64,000 nucleotides of DNA from Felis catus (taxonomy: Eukaryota). A program made the translations under genes and the position numbers. Shown piece after piece: positions 13,280 through 26,740 of the stretch. Below the pieces are notes generated by a model, which was not told the origin of the DNA, searched no databases, and saw nothing but the letters and a program-made list of their open reading frames with translations. The stretch is taken from contig NC_058368.1 in the NCBI RefSeq assembly GCF_018350175.1, positions 131,938,001 to 132,002,000 of the forward strand, written 5' to 3'. Each line of letters begins with the position of its first letter. Position 1 is the stretch's first letter.

Positions 13280-16200
13280 TCATTTTTTTTTTATTCTTTG
13301 AAAAGTATGTAAAAAAACTAAGTGCAATGCTATGTAAATGGTATTTATGATATATATAGACTTTTGTGTGAGAAAAATTAAGATAAAATATACACACACA
13401 TGCACAGATACACTCTTACAAAAATAAATATATGAACAGTAAGCCAAAAAAAAAAAAAACAACAATGAGAATTCTTTATTTATAAGAGTGAGAATTGTTA
13501 GAAGAGGGGAAGGCAGAGACACCTCTGAGTTTATCTTTTGATGCACTTTTGACTTTAGGAAATGTATTTGTGTTCTATACATGTTAAAAATTAAATCAGT
13601 CAACATGGGGCAGAAAAAGAAACTAAAACTGAGTATAAACAGAAACAAATAAACAATTATATTTCTAATGAGTAACATTACACTGATGAGGAGCAGAGAA
13701 AATTAATTCAAACTTTGAACATGATATTTTGACTGTATTATATTTGTCTTGAGTAGGGGGGAAGAACAGTAAACAAAATTGATGCTCTCTCTCGCTCTAT
13801 TTAAAAACTAAAAAGCACGGAGGCACTGGGTGGCTCGGTTGGTTAAGTGTCCCACGCTTGATTTCAGCTCAGGTCATAATCTCATGGTTGTGAGATCAAG
13901 CCCTGCATCAGGCTCTGCATTGGGCATGGAGTCTGCTTAAGGTTTTCTCTCTCTCTGTGTCTCTCCCCCCTTCTGCCCATTCCCCGCTCACACACATGCA
14001 CTCTCTGTCTCTCTAAAAAAAAAAAAAAAAAAACCTTAAACTCTTCTTAGTAAGTTTTCTTTTTGGAGGGCTATGAACATACTAATAAAAATACTCTTTG
14101 ATGTATATGACAAAATTTAGTAAATGAATACATATGCTGATGTTGTAGGAGCAATACATATGTTATTATTCTTATAGAAGAAAGGACATGAAAATAGGGA
14201 ATGAGGGAAGACAACTATTTTCAGGGGATAGATGTGATTTGTATGGGCTGATACCTTATACGTGTGTGTGTGTGTGTGTGTGTACGTACTTCCTACGTCT
14301 GGCTGTTAAAAAGGCCTAAAAAAAAAAAATCAGTAACAAAGAGCACACCTAGCATATTGATTTCTGATACCATTTCCCACTGAAAGGAACCAGGGCTCTT
14401 TGAAGAAATGGCTATTCCCAAGACTGGAACACCTGTTATGCAAGAAAGTAGAAAGTACTCTAAAAAATGATGGTAGCATGTCAACAGGTCATAGTAGGCA
14501 TCTTGAAAGGTCTTTCCCCTGACTTCCAAGTCAAATCTGGGATAATTTGTACTTCAAAATAGTTGAGGACATATAACTTAAAAATACAAAGATAAAGAAC
14601 CCAATTTAAAAATAGGCAAAGCATTTGAATAGACAGTTACCCAAAGAAAAATTACAAATGGCCAACAAGCATATAAAAAATGCTCAACATCCTTAGCTAT
14701 AGGAAAATGCAAATCAAAGCCACAGTGAGAGTACCTGGGTGGCTTAGTCACTTGGGTGTTCGACTCTTGATTTTGGCTCAGGTCATGATCCCAGGGTTAT
14801 GGGATTGATCCCCGCATCGGGCTTCATGCTGAGCATTGATTCTGCTTGAAATTGTCTCTCTCTCCCTCTGCCCCACTCTACCACTCATGCTCTCTCTCTC
14901 TCCAAAATAAAATTTAAAAAAATAGTAAAAACAATAAAGCCACAATGACATACTACTTCACACCCATTATAACAGCTATAACATAAAAGAACAAAACAAA
15001 TTAACAAATGTTGGCAAAGATGTGGAGAAACTGGAATCCTCATACATTACTGATGGGATTATAAAAGGGTACCACTTTGGAAAAAATTCTCAAAAAGTTA
15101 AACATTGAATTACCATATGACCCAGAAATTTCTAGGTATATACCTAACAGAATTTTTAAAAAGGTGTTCAAACAAAAACTTGTACACAAAGATTCACAGC
15201 AGCATTATTAATAATGGCCAAAAGGTAGAAACAACGCAAAGCAACAACCTAACAAAATGTGGTATATCCATATAATGAAATATAATCCAGCCATAAAAAG
15301 GAATGAAGTTTTGATTCATGCTACAACATGGATGAACGTTGAAAATACTATGCTTAAGTGAAAAAAGCCAGACACAGAAAGCCACACATTGTATAATTCC
15401 ATTTACATGGGATGTCCAGAATAGGCAAATCCATAGAAACAGATTGGTGGTTGGCAGGGGCTGCTGGGAGGTGAGAATTCTGACTGCTAACAGTGTTTCT
15501 GCTAACAAGATACAGGGTTTCCTTTAGGAGCACTGAAAATGTTATGAATTATATCATGGTGATGGTTATACAACACTGTGCTAATACTAAAAACCACCAA
15601 AAATACAACTTAACATGGTGAATTATCTTATATGAATTTTATCTCAATAAAAAGGTCTAAAATAACTGAGGAAAATAATGGAATTTAAACCAATGAGAAA
15701 AAGAATAGGAATCTGTGAATTCATAATGCTATAAATGAATGAATGAATACTTAGAAGAAAAGGGAAGTCTCCTCTTTATAGAAGACGCTAACTAGTAAAT
15801 GTGAAAGGTGTGGTAGAGTTGGAAAGTTACGATTCTCATAATAAAGATTGATTTGGCCAAAAGTCATCAATAGATACTAAATCTGGGGGGATTGTTTGAT
15901 GAAGAGCAGTATCATTTGCATGATCTTAAAGCCGCCTGCTTGCTTGTTAGGTGCAATGTAAAATATATATACGACAAACCAGGTAACACTTTGACTGCCT
16001 GATCAGAATTAACATCTGCAGTGAAGGCACCACATATCTCCTAACGATACCCTGAGAAGAATACAAAATCAGGCAATGTTCTCTGGTGTTCTAGCTAGGA
16101 ATGCATAACCTGAATCTAATCGTAAGGGATCATCAGACAAACCCAAAGTGTTTTTTTCGAAAAACAACAGGCCGGTGTTCTTGAAAAATGTCCATGTTAT

Positions 16201-16640
16201 AAAATTCAAAGAAAGGCTAAGGAGACTAAAAAGACATCAAAACTAAATGCAGTACATAATCTTGTACTGAATCCTGGAACAAAGGGAAAAATAATGCTAA
16301 AATGGACATTATTGGGCACTTGACCAAACTGGAATATGGGTGGTACATTAAAGTATTGCATCAATATTATATTTTTGGATTTGGTAATCATGCTATAGTT
16401 AAGAGACTATCCTTGTTCTTATGAATTACAAACTGAAATATTAAGGAGTAAAGGGCCATGATATATGGCAAACTATTTTCAAGTTGAAAAAATATATATT
16501 TATATGTGCAAAGGGAGAAAAACCTGTGGCAAAATGTTACAAATTGGTGATCTTGCAGAAAAAAATATGAGTTTTCATATTTCTCCTTAACTTCTATAAA
16601 TTTCAAATAATTTCAGAGTAAAAAATAAAAATATTAAAAT
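13280..16640 (+). mobile_element. Composite of old L1 3' regions with SINECs at ~13819-14033 and ~14729-14935
   Basis: L1 motifs (ttggcaaagatgtggagaaactggaatcctcatac; gctacaacatggatgaacg); second SINE TSD aaagccacaNtga. Confidence 0.8.
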
Positions 16641-17715
16641 GTGATTTTTAAAAACATTCAAATTCACATTTTTTCTTTTTCTTTTTCCTTTACCTTATGC
16701 AGTATTTTAAACACACATAAAAGTAGAGGGATTTAGCCAGGTTTTTACCCAACTAATCATATTTTTTTTTGTATTTGCTTTAGATTTTTTAAAACTATAA
16801 ACCATAGATCTTGTTAAGTCCACTTTATATACTCTCCAGTTTCATTTCTGTCCCCCACAGAAGTACCACTACCCAGAAGTAAATGTGTTTCCTTCCTATG
16901 CATGTTTTTAACCTTTTACTGTGTTTGTATGGACCTGTTATAGGTAATAATATTGTTAAGTATGCCACCTCAGATATGTAAGTGGTATCAAATGGTATGT
17001 GTCCAGCCACACCTTGTTTTTTTACTTAACATTATGCTTTCCACGCGTATCTATGTTTTTAAATGTAGTATATGTTTATTCATTTTAAATGATATATTCA
17101 CTAAATGCTTATGCCAGGTTATTTTTCTCCTGCTCATGGACTTTGAGGTTTTCTCCATATATTTTCTACTTTAAACATTTTGGAGAAAGCACCCCTGTAC
17201 ATTTCTCCTGTGCACATAAACAAGAGTTTCTTCTAGGATATGTCTTGAAATGGAATTGCTGGTCTGAGTTGTCATCATCTTCCTAACTGTAATAGCAGGT
17301 AACATTTGTCAATGCTGTGCACCAAGAAGTGTACTACGTGTCTCATATGTATTTATTTAATTCTCAAAACAATAGACAGACACTATTATTACCCACATTT
17401 TACAGATAAAGAAACTAAATTATAGTAACTTAGTGGTTAAGTAAATTATCCAAAGTCCTGGTGTCAGAGCCCTGTTTCAACTGATGTATGTTCTTAGCAA
17501 ATACACTATACACAAACCATATTCTGTGGAGTATGCACACCTTTGGCTCATAGATCTTGCCATTTATTCCAGAGTGGTTTTACCAAGTTGTACTCTCAAA
17601 AGCTAATAGAAGTGTTTTTTTAAAGTTCCCAATTTGTAAAACCAAAAAGCAACTCATCTATTAAAGTTTGTTTGGAATGTTTACAGATCTTTAAAATCTG
17701 CAAGTCTGAAAACCA

Positions 17716-17837
17716 CTTCCTTACATGACACTGTTTACAGGAACATGCTTTATAGAATCGTAAGGCTCGAATCACGGCTTCCTTACTTGACACTGTTTAG
17801 AAGAACATGCTTTTATAGGATTATAAGGCTGGGATCC
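17716..17837 (+). repeat. Two diverged tandem copies of a ~62-bp unit
   Basis: cttccttac(a/t)tgacactgttta...gaacatgcttt..ataaggct repeated. Confidence 0.85.
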
Positions 17838-18026
17838 TTGGCCTTTAAAAGGCCCAGCTATAGGAAGTTTCCTTGAATTCATCTGGATCCAGACTGTTCT
17901 ATCAGCTATTCAGGCTTGAAATCTCATTAACCTTTAATTGCTCTTGTCTTTTCCTCACTCCTTCCCTTGTACTCATCCTTGGTTCCTTACCCTGTGCCTG
18001 TGTCACATTCAGCCAAGTGGCGATTC

Positions 18027-18236
18027 TTTTTTTGTTCTGTTTTGGTTTTTTAGAGAGCGGGAGCGAGCGAGAGAGAGAGAGCAGAAGGAGAGGGGCAGAA
18101 GGAGAGAGAGAGAATCCTAAGCAGACTCCAAGCCCAGTGCGTAGACCAACATGGCGTCAATCCCATGACCCTGAGATCATGGCCTGAGCCGAAATCAAGA
18201 GTCAGATGCTCAAACGACTGAGCCACCCAGGTGCCT
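18027..18236 (-). mobile_element. SINEC
   Basis: Antisense head gagccacccaggtgcc; degenerate TSD ccaagtgNcNaNtctt. Confidence 0.93.
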
Positions 18237-18718
18237 GCAACCAAGTGACAACTCTTAGGCACTCACCCACTAGGGAATCTCTCTCTGCCTTCTTCCAGTC
18301 ACATAGGCTAGTTCAGGTTTTTAATATATCTTTCTTGGCACTATTATAAGAAACTTAAACTGGTCTTTTCCTCTAGAATCTCCTAGAAGTGATCCATTGT
18401 ATACACTGGTACTAAAGTGATCTTAATTACTGTATTATTCATTTGCTCACAAACTTTCTATAGTGTCTTACTTATTGCATACCAAATTAAGTTTAAAAAA
18501 TCATCTACCTTTGTTCTCCATAGTCTTGCTTTCAAATGGTTAATCATTTTTATCCCCTGTTACAGCCCTGTATCTATCAGAACATAAACAGGCCTGGAGT
18601 AGAACTGAAGAATTTGCATTTCTGTCAAGTTGTCAAATAAAGCTGATAGTAAACTACTGCTCTAGCTAATCTGTAGGACTTGACTTGGGGTCTTATATAT
18701 GAGCTGTTCATTGGATAT

Positions 18719-18798
18719 ATGTTGACCTTTGAACAACAGGGGTCTGAACTGACCAGGTACATTTATACATGGATTTTTTTACAGTACAGTATTGTAAA
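18719..18798 (+). mobile_element. Tigger2-like DNA transposon end fragment
   Basis: gttgacctttgaacaacaggggtctgaactg...tatacatggatttt resembles the Tigger2 terminus. Confidence 0.65.
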
Positions 18799-18801
18799 GG
18801 G

Positions 18802-19024
18802 TTTTTTTTTTCTTATTTTTTTCATGTTTATTTATTTTTGAGAGAGAGAGAGACAGAGGATGAACAGGGGAGGGGCAGACAGAGACGGAGACACAGAATC
18901 CAGAGCAGGCTGCAGGCTCCAAGCTGTCAGCACAGAGCCTGATGTGGGGCTCAAACTCAGGAACCACAAGCTCATGACCTGAGCTGAAGTCCAACACATA
19001 ACCGACTGAGCCACCCAGGTACCC
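18802..19024 (-). mobile_element. SINEC
   Basis: Antisense SINEC body and T-tail. Confidence 0.94.
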
Positions 19025-19589
19025 TCACTGATGATTTTCTAACTCCATCATTCTTTTTCTATTTATAGTTTGCATTCCATTATAAAAACAGCTTCCCTTT
19101 CTTCTCCATTTATTTAAATATAGCAGTATAAATTCATGGAATTTTGTTTCATGGGTTGTAATCTGTTTTTATCATTATTTATCCTGGTGCTCAACATAAA
19201 TATTTTTATTTTACTTTTATTTGGTGAGTGGGAGCCTATTCAGACTGGTCCCTGTGTTCTTTTGATATTTTTCCATTATTATTTGAGTACTCCCTTATTT
19301 TCTGATTTAACGAGACGTTCTATACTTATACTTCCCTTGCCCCTGCCCAGGAATCACCCTTTTTTTCTAATGAGCTCTGTTTTTTTTTTTTTAGTGGAGA
19401 ATAGTATTTAAAAATCAAGATGTGGGTGCTCACATGTGCTCATTACTATTGCTTCTAGGCTTTCGCAGTCAACAGAGCAGGAAGAAATACTGATAGACTA
19501 ATTTCAGTCCCACACCACAGGGTACATTCTACTCTTTCCCTCCTTCCATATTTGTAGCTGTGTTCTCTAATAACAAGAATCCTTGTTCC

Positions 19590-19718
19590 TTTGCTGCTTC
19601 TTTTTCTTCAGGCAAATACATTATTTAAAAATTAACAGATATTTATTGCAGAAAATTTTTATCAATTAAATTGCTAAGTGCAAAAATCCTACATTTGTGA
19701 GACATTTTAGCCCCTCTG
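19590..19718 (-). pseudogene. Decayed transmembrane-like exon (pseudogene B?)
   Basis: ctgattgtatag| acceptor; EGLKCLTNVGFLHLAI*LIKIFCNKYLLIFK*CICLKKKKQQ; abuts an old L1 fragment. Confidence 0.4.
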
Positions 19719-20051
19719 CTATACAATCAGGAGTATGATTTTACAGAATCCTACCTCAAATAGATGAGGCCTTCCTCATTATTTCACTCTGATTTGGGGG
19801 ATAAGCGATCTTGGGCAAGTCACCTCTGAGCCTCAGTTTCCTTATCTGTAAGATGGGAATAACAATAAATAAATAAGTACATGTGTTACAAGATATTAAA
19901 TAATATGTATGTCACCAATCACAAACTTCTTAGCATAGTGAGCATTCAGTAAATTATAACCGTTTGCCAATTACCGAAGCCATTATTTACATGTGTAGAC
20001 AAATAGTTCATTGATAGTATGGTGAGTATATCTTACTAAATTAAAGCATTT

Positions 20052-20963
20052 GTTGTTGTTTTAGTTCCAGTATAGTTAACATACAGTGTTATATTCATTT
20101 CAGGTGTACAACATAGCGCTTCAATAACTCTATACATCACTCAGTGCTCATCATGATAAGTGCACTCTAAATCCCCTTCACCTATTTCACCCAACACCCC
20201 ACCCACCTCATGTCTGGTAATCATTAGTTTGTTCTCTATAGTTAAAAGTCTTTTGGTTTGTCTCTTCTTCATTCATTTGTTTTGTTTCTTAAACCACAAA
20301 TGAGTGAAATCATATGAAATCAGTCTTTGACTTATTTCACTTAGCATTATACTCTATAAATCCATCCATGTTGTCACAAATGGCAAGGTTTCATCCTTTT
20401 TATGGTTGAGTAATATTCCTTTGTGCAAATATACAACATGTTTTTTAGCCATCCATCTATCAATAGATACTTGGGTTGCTTCCATATCTGACTATTGAAA
20501 ATAGTACTTCCATAAACATAGGGGTGCTTGTATCTTTTCAAAATAGTGTTTTCATATTCTTTGGATAAATACCCAGTAGTGGAATTACTGGATTATAGGG
20601 TAGTTCTATTTTAATTTTTTGAGGAACCTCATACTATTTTCCACAGTGGCTGTACTAGTTTGCATTCCCACCAACAGTGTACAAGGGCTCCTTTTTCTCC
20701 ACATCTTCACCAACACTTGTTGTTTCTTGTGTTTCTGATTGTAGCCATCCTGACAGGTGTGAGGCGATATCTCATTGTGGTTTTGATGTGCATTTTCCTG
20801 ATGATGAGTGATGTTGAACATCTTTTCATGTAAGCAAAAGAAGACTTTGTAATCTATCTTGAAATCTGGGATTGTGATACGTCCAGGTTCTGTTCTTTTT
20901 TTTACATGTATGTCTTCTCTGAAGAAACGTCTGTTCACATCTCCTGCCCGTTTTTTAATTGGG

Positions 20964-21000
<37 letters not shown>

Positions 21001-21902
21001 GAGTTGTACATGTTCTTTATATATTTTGGATCCAAACCCTTTATTGGATACATCATTTGCAAATATCTCCTCCCACTCAGTAGATTGCCTTTTAGTCTTG
21101 TTGACTGTTTCCTTTGCTGTGTAGAAGAGGCTTTTTATTTTGATAGTTTATTTTTGTTTTTGTTTCCTTTGCTTCAGGAGATGTATCTAGAAAAATGTTG
21201 CTATGGCCAATGTCACAGACATTACTGCCTGTGTTCTCTTCTAGGATGTTTATGGTTTCAGGTTTCACATTTAAGTCTTCAATCCATTTGTAGCTGATTT
21301 TGTGTGTGGTGTAAGGAAGTGGCCCAGTTTTATTCTTTTGCATGGAGCTGTCATGTTTTCCCAACACCATTTGGTGAAAAGACTGTCTTTTTCCCATTGC
21401 ATATTCTTGCTTCCTTTGTCAAGTTAATTGGCTGTATAATCATGGATTTATTCCTGGGCTGTCTATTCTGTTCTATTGATCAATGTGTCTGTTTTTGTGC
21501 TAATACCATACTGTTTTGATTCCTACAGTTTTGTAATCTATCTTGAAATCTGGGATTGTGATATCTCCAGTATTTGTTCTTCTTTTTCAAGATTGCTTTA
21601 GCTATTCAGGGTCTTTTGGGGGTCTATACAAATTGCAGAATTTGTCCTAGGGGTGCCTGGGTAGCTCATTCAGTTAGGTGTCTGAGTCTTGATTCAGCTC
21701 AGGTCATCATCCTGGATCAGGTCATGATCTCACACTTCATGAGATCAAGCTCCATGTAGGGTTTGGCACTGACAGCACAAATCCTGCTTGGGATTCTCTC
21801 TCCTTCTCTCTCTGCCCCTTCCCTGCTTACAGTCTCTCTTTCTTAACAAGTAAATAAATAAACTTAAAAAAAATAAAGAATTATTTGCCCTAGTTCAGTT
21901 AG
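20052..21902 (-). mobile_element. 5'-truncated carnivore L1 containing a SINEC (21650-21875, +) and a (TG)n tract
   Basis: ORF2-like translations (GRITIPDFK, IKNHK...); TSD attaaagcattt at 20040-20051 and 21903-21914. Confidence 0.92.
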
Positions 21903-21974
21903 ATTAAAGCATTTTTAAGGGCAAGAGGTATTATACTAGTAAAGAAAAAATTTTGCACCAGATTTTTTTTCCGT

Positions 21975-22196
21975 TTTTTAAAAAATTTTTTATTTTTATT
22001 TATTTATTTATTTTTGAGAGAGAGAGATGGTGTGCATGAGCAGGGGAGGAGCAGAGAAAGAGAGAAAAAGAATCTTAAGCAGACTCCACACTCAGCACAG
22101 AACCCAATGCGGGACTGGGTATTGCAACCATGAGATCATGACCTGAGTCGAAATCAAGGGTCATATGCTTAACTGACTGAGCCACCCAGGCACCCC
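21975..22196 (-). mobile_element. SINEC
   Basis: Antisense head gagccacccaggcacccc. Confidence 0.94.
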
Positions 22197-22514
22197 TGAA
22201 GCAGACCTTTTTAAAATAAAGAAACAATATGAATATATATTGTGTACATGCTTGCATAAAAGCATATTACATATTTTATATATAAATACATATGTGTACG
22301 TAATATACATGGAAGGCATAGGTGGTTATACCTTTATTACATGTAAATTCATATTAGGAGTCACAGTTTTATATACACCAAAAGATTGATGAATACATGT
22401 GTTATTTGCGGTCAGAATGTGCTTGGTCAGACTGTTTTTAGCTTTTATGCTTATAACAAGTAATGAAAACATTGGCTTTCCAGTCAACCAAATATTTGTT
22501 TTGCTGCTACTTAC

Positions 22515-22874
22515 TTGTTAGTGTAGACTAAATAATTTTTCTTGCCCTCAGCAGCAGAAATATGGTTTTAGTCCAGGCTATGGACACTTCAGCTTTAATT
22601 TTATTCTTTTACATATAATGCCACATGTGTGCTCCTATAATAAAATTGTAAATACTTTATCTTCTGCCATATGGTGAAGGAGCTCATTGTACTCAGGTAT
22701 ACAAAATGATTCCAGAAGAAAAAGATAATGGTATCTGCTAAAATGAAAGAGGGAAAGAGAATGCTGGCATGGAGCATAGAAATATAACTCTTCTAAAGAA
22801 AAAAGCAGACATTGAAACTCTTAAATGTTTAAAACAGGGCATCCTGTATGCTTTTCAATAAAAACTGGTGATAG
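22515..22874 (-). pseudogene. Pseudogene B, hinge plus Ig-like segment
   Basis: ttttaccacag| acceptor, AA|gtaagt donor. ITSFY*KAYRMPCFKHL...VIFLCSMPAFSFPL[fs]DTIIFFFWNH...KIKYLQFYYRST[fs]CGII[fs]...IAWTKTIFLLLR. Confidence 0.55.
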
Positions 22875-23399
22875 CTGTGGTAAAATATTTCATCAGTATG
22901 ATTGTACTCCTAGGTCAAAAAAAGATGGAGACAAGAGCAGGGGGAAAGGAGTTAATGAATAAAACAAATGTTGCCCTCAATCATGGCCCTGTTTGTGTCT
23001 CACCAAGGAGAAGTATAAGGATTATATGAAATATATTTATTTTTATAAAGGAATTCAAGAAATTATCAGAAAATACTCATACAAGACAAAACATTTTATA
23101 ATGAGCATTCAAACAGTAGCAAGCTGATATTTACAATCTGGGAAGTCCATTGCATCTCAGAGTCAGGGTCAGTTAAACCTGCTTCAGCTTCTAAGCACCC
23201 TGTACTTACCCCCATCTTACCACTTAGAGTATGGGAGTTTAATTATCTCTTTATCTGCAGGAGTACGTCAGCACACTGTGAGTTTCTGAAAAACATGGTC
23301 CATCTTGACCATAGTTCATTTATTCAACAAATACTTAGTGAGTGTGTACTCAAGTTGGGGAAAAAAAAGACTTCTGCCTTAATGGACCTTACATTCTAC

Positions 23400-23710
23400 C
23401 CATATTTGCGAAGTTATTGGCATATACATTAGAGATTTCCCCTCACTGTCATAAGATGTCTATAGCAGCTCTAAGCATTATGTCTTCATTGAATAGCATC
23501 CAAGCAGAAGGAAAGGTAGAGACAAAGACTTTTCTCTTTTTGGACCTTTCTCTTTGTAGGAAAGAAAATCTTTCCCAGAACCCCCACCAGACTTCCCTTT
23601 GCATATCACTGGCCAAAAGTGGGTCTCCTGAGAGTGAACATATGACCTGGACCAATCGCTGGCAAAGCAGAGCGGGATATCTTAACTATAAGCAACCAGA
23701 ATAAAACTTC
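23400..23710. mobile_element. Old MaLR (MLT1-like) LTR fragment
   Basis: ctttcccagaacccccaccagacttccct...tggccaaaagtgggtc motif. Confidence 0.55.
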
Positions 23711-23719
23711 TTTCACCCA

Positions 23720-25135
23720 CAGCTACCAACTCATCTGTATCTGGGCCATTTATTTGCTTGCCTGCCCTCCTGTAACTACGGATGAGCTGCTCATACTCTG
23801 AGGCCAACTCCTCCACTTGTGCAGATTTTGCTACCTTTCACCTACTGCAGACAACACTCCAGCAGTTCTTTCTTTCCTGCATCATTAAGTTTCCCTCTTT
23901 ACTGGATCATTTACCATCAGCATGAAAACATGCAACATTTTCTATATTAAAAGAAAAAAGTTTCTGTCCCCTCCAGCCACTGCCCTGTAACTCTGTCCCT
24001 TTGCGGAAAAAAAGTCCTTGAAAGAATGTACATGCTTGCCATCTCCAATTCCTCTCCTCTCGTTCCCTCTCTATACTTCCATTCTCACAAGTCAACTGCT
24101 TAACCCTCTTCCTAAGTGATTTATTACCAGGACCGTGTGCTGTTGATCACTCCCTTCCCTTTGAATCACCTTTTTACTTGGCCTCTGATTCCTTCTTATA
24201 CTACACTTCCTTCTTTACTGGTGTCTTTTAACCTTATGGATTTAAATATCATCTATATGCTTACAAATTCTAAAGTGGTTAATAGGCATCTTAAACTTAA
24301 CATGTCCCAAACTGAACTACTGATCATGTCTTCCAGACTTGCTCCTCCTGAAATCTTCCCTATCTCAATTAATGTTTGAGTCACCCTTGACTAATCTCTT
24401 TCTTTTATACCCCTCATCCAACTAATCAACAAATCTAGGATATATAATCTAGCCACTTCTGTTAGCACTCTGGTGGGAGCCACAACCATTTCCCATCCAT
24501 ATTAGTCTAGTTGTCTAATAATTGGTTTTTGTTTCTTCCAGTGTCCTCTGAAAGTCTATTCTCAACATAGGAGCCAGGATGGTCCTTCAGAAATCTAAGT
24601 CATGTCTTGTCACACTTTTTCTTTAAGACACCAGTGGGTTTCTTAAAAGCTAAAGCCCCTATGTTTGTCTGCAAGGGTCTGCATAATCTGTGCCCCATCT
24701 CCTTTTTACCCCTGGTTTCATCTCCTTTTACTTCTCTCTCATTCACTCTGTTCTAGGCAGAGCAGCCTCTTTGTTCTGAGTACATGTTTGGCGTGCTCCG
24801 TGCCTCAGGGCTATTGCACATGCTGTTACCCTGTCTGGACTGCAGTTCCTCCAGAATATCCACATAACTCATTCCCTTACCTCTCAGGTCTTTTTCTCAG
24901 TGAAGCCTTCTCTGACCACTTCTACCTGGCACTCCCTAAATTGCCCTTATTTACTTTTTTTTTTTTTCTGTATATTATCACCTTCTGATATACTACATGT
25001 TTTACTTGTTTGTTGTTTTCTGTCTTCCCCACTAGACTTTTGTTGGTTTTCTTTATTAATAAAAAAAAAATACCTAGAACAATATTTGACATATAGTAAG
25101 CATTCAAAAAAATATTTGGAGAAGGAATGAGTGAA
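23720..25135 (+). mobile_element. L2 element 3' portion
   Basis: caaacttaacatgtcccaaactgaact motif; 3' end cctagaacaatatttgacatatagtaagcattc. Confidence 0.85.
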
Positions 25136-25316
25136 ATCAAAGATGAAAGATGAACTAAATGGCTTCAAACAGTCATGATTTGTCCCCTGATACTGAGCAT
25201 TCTGTTGCCTAAACCAAATCTGGATTTTGTTAGCAAAAAAAGAAGGTAGAAGAATTATTACTTGGGCAGTCAACTGTGTCTTTAATAACAGCTCATACTT
25301 GTGAGTAACTTTATAC

Positions 25317-25382
25317 CTTTTTCTTCTTCTCCCCGTCTTCATTTCTGTCTTAGAAGAACCCATGAGGAAAGTAGGACAGGTA
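25317..25382 (-). pseudogene. Pseudogene B, helical exon (66 nt, phase 1-1)
   Basis: ttttttgtgcaatacag| acceptor, G|gtataa donor; PVLLSSWVLLRQK*RRGEEEK. Confidence 0.4.
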
Positions 25383-25786
25383 CTGTATTGCACAAAAAAA
25401 AATTTTGCCTCAGATAATTAATTTTTCCCCAAGAGCACCAACATAGCTAGTTGGACCCAAATTGCCTGATAGCAACTGCAATGCTCTTTCAATAGTGGTG
25501 ACAATCTATATCTAGGCACAACATTTTGTGGAATACTGTACAATCTTTTAGGTAAGCCAAGAGAGCCTTTACCTCCAGAAAAGTGATTATGAATCTGCCT
25601 TTTTTTTTTTTTTTTGGCCTGTCATGTCAAAATGAAAAATTTTTTAAAAGCCCCAAAACATTCCATATTTAATATAAGATTTTATTCTTTCCTGTATCTT
25701 GGATTAAAGTAGTTTGTAATAATTGATAAATTAGCTACTGATATATTATTTACTGCCATTATGTAGTTTATAACATAATGAATTAC

Positions 25787-25913
25787 CAGAACATGTTGCT
25801 TTTCTATCAGATTCCTCCATATTTTGCCCACATCATTTCTCTTTCCTCTCTACCAGAAATTATCTCTTCTAGCATCCATTCAAGCCAGAAACACAGTCCA
25901 CATATTCCAAATG
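25787..25913 (-). pseudogene. Pseudogene B, CxxC exon
   Basis: ttttatttag| acceptor, CTG|gtaatt donor. FGICGLCFWLEWMLEEII[fs]...DVGKIWRNLIEKQHVL, with an intact CGLCF. Confidence 0.55.
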
Positions 25914-26175
25914 CTAAATAAAATTTTTAGTTTTAATCAGTCAAGTAAGGTGAGCAGGCATGAGTGTCATTGGTTTTGTTAGGTGGTAGAGAAAAAGATA
26001 CTTGTAAACTCTGTTGCCTAGAAGGAATTAAAGTTCTTAAATATGCTGAGATACTAATATACTAGCTATGTTTATATGCATAGACATATACCATAAATGT
26101 GTACACATTACATAATGCATATAATATCTAACACTAAGACTATCCTGAATGTGATTTATTCCCTCTCTGACATTT

Positions 26176-26396
26176 TTTTTTTTAAATAAGGCGTTTTTCT
26201 TTAAAGTTTATTTATTTATTTTGATAGAGCACAAGCAGGGAAGGAACAGAGAGAGGTGGGGGAAGAGAGAATACCAAGTAGGCTCCACATTGTCAGTGCA
26301 GAGCCTGATGTGGGCTTGAACTCATGAACCATGAAATCATGACCTGAACCAAAATCAAGAGTCGTACGTTTAACCAACTGAGCCACCGAGGTGCCC
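26176..26396 (-). mobile_element. SINEC
   Basis: TSD ccctctctgacattt at 26161-26175 and 26397-26411. Confidence 0.95.
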
Positions 26397-26399
26397 CCC

Positions 26400-26661
26400 T
26401 CTCTGACATTTCAAAACAGACTTCTGGATTCTGTGGCTTCTTTTGGTGAATATCAAGGTTATTATTTGTTATTGCATTGTGGATAAACAAACGTTCAGGT
26501 TCACAAAACTTGTGGAGAATGGAATGATGGACATTCAGGTTCCCTATTCAGTGAGGAAGATGCAGTGGCTGCCCTTATGCTCTAACACGAGGTTAGAAGA
26601 TGGAACAGATACAACACCTTGGATTATATTGGTCTGGGACTTTACTATGAATGCATCTATG
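26400..26661 (-). pseudogene. Pseudogene B, exon 2 (after a 79-nt intron); 3' end uncertain
   Basis: ctttcctaaactcag| acceptor, phase-compatible; SIDAFIVKSQTNIIQGVVSVPSSNLVLEHKGSHCIFLTE*. Confidence 0.3.
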
Positions 26662-26740
26662 CTGAGTTTAGGAAAGATATTTATTAATGAAACTAGTATT
26701 TCCATTTATCCTTATTAGCTTTTTCAGTTATAAAAGTTAC

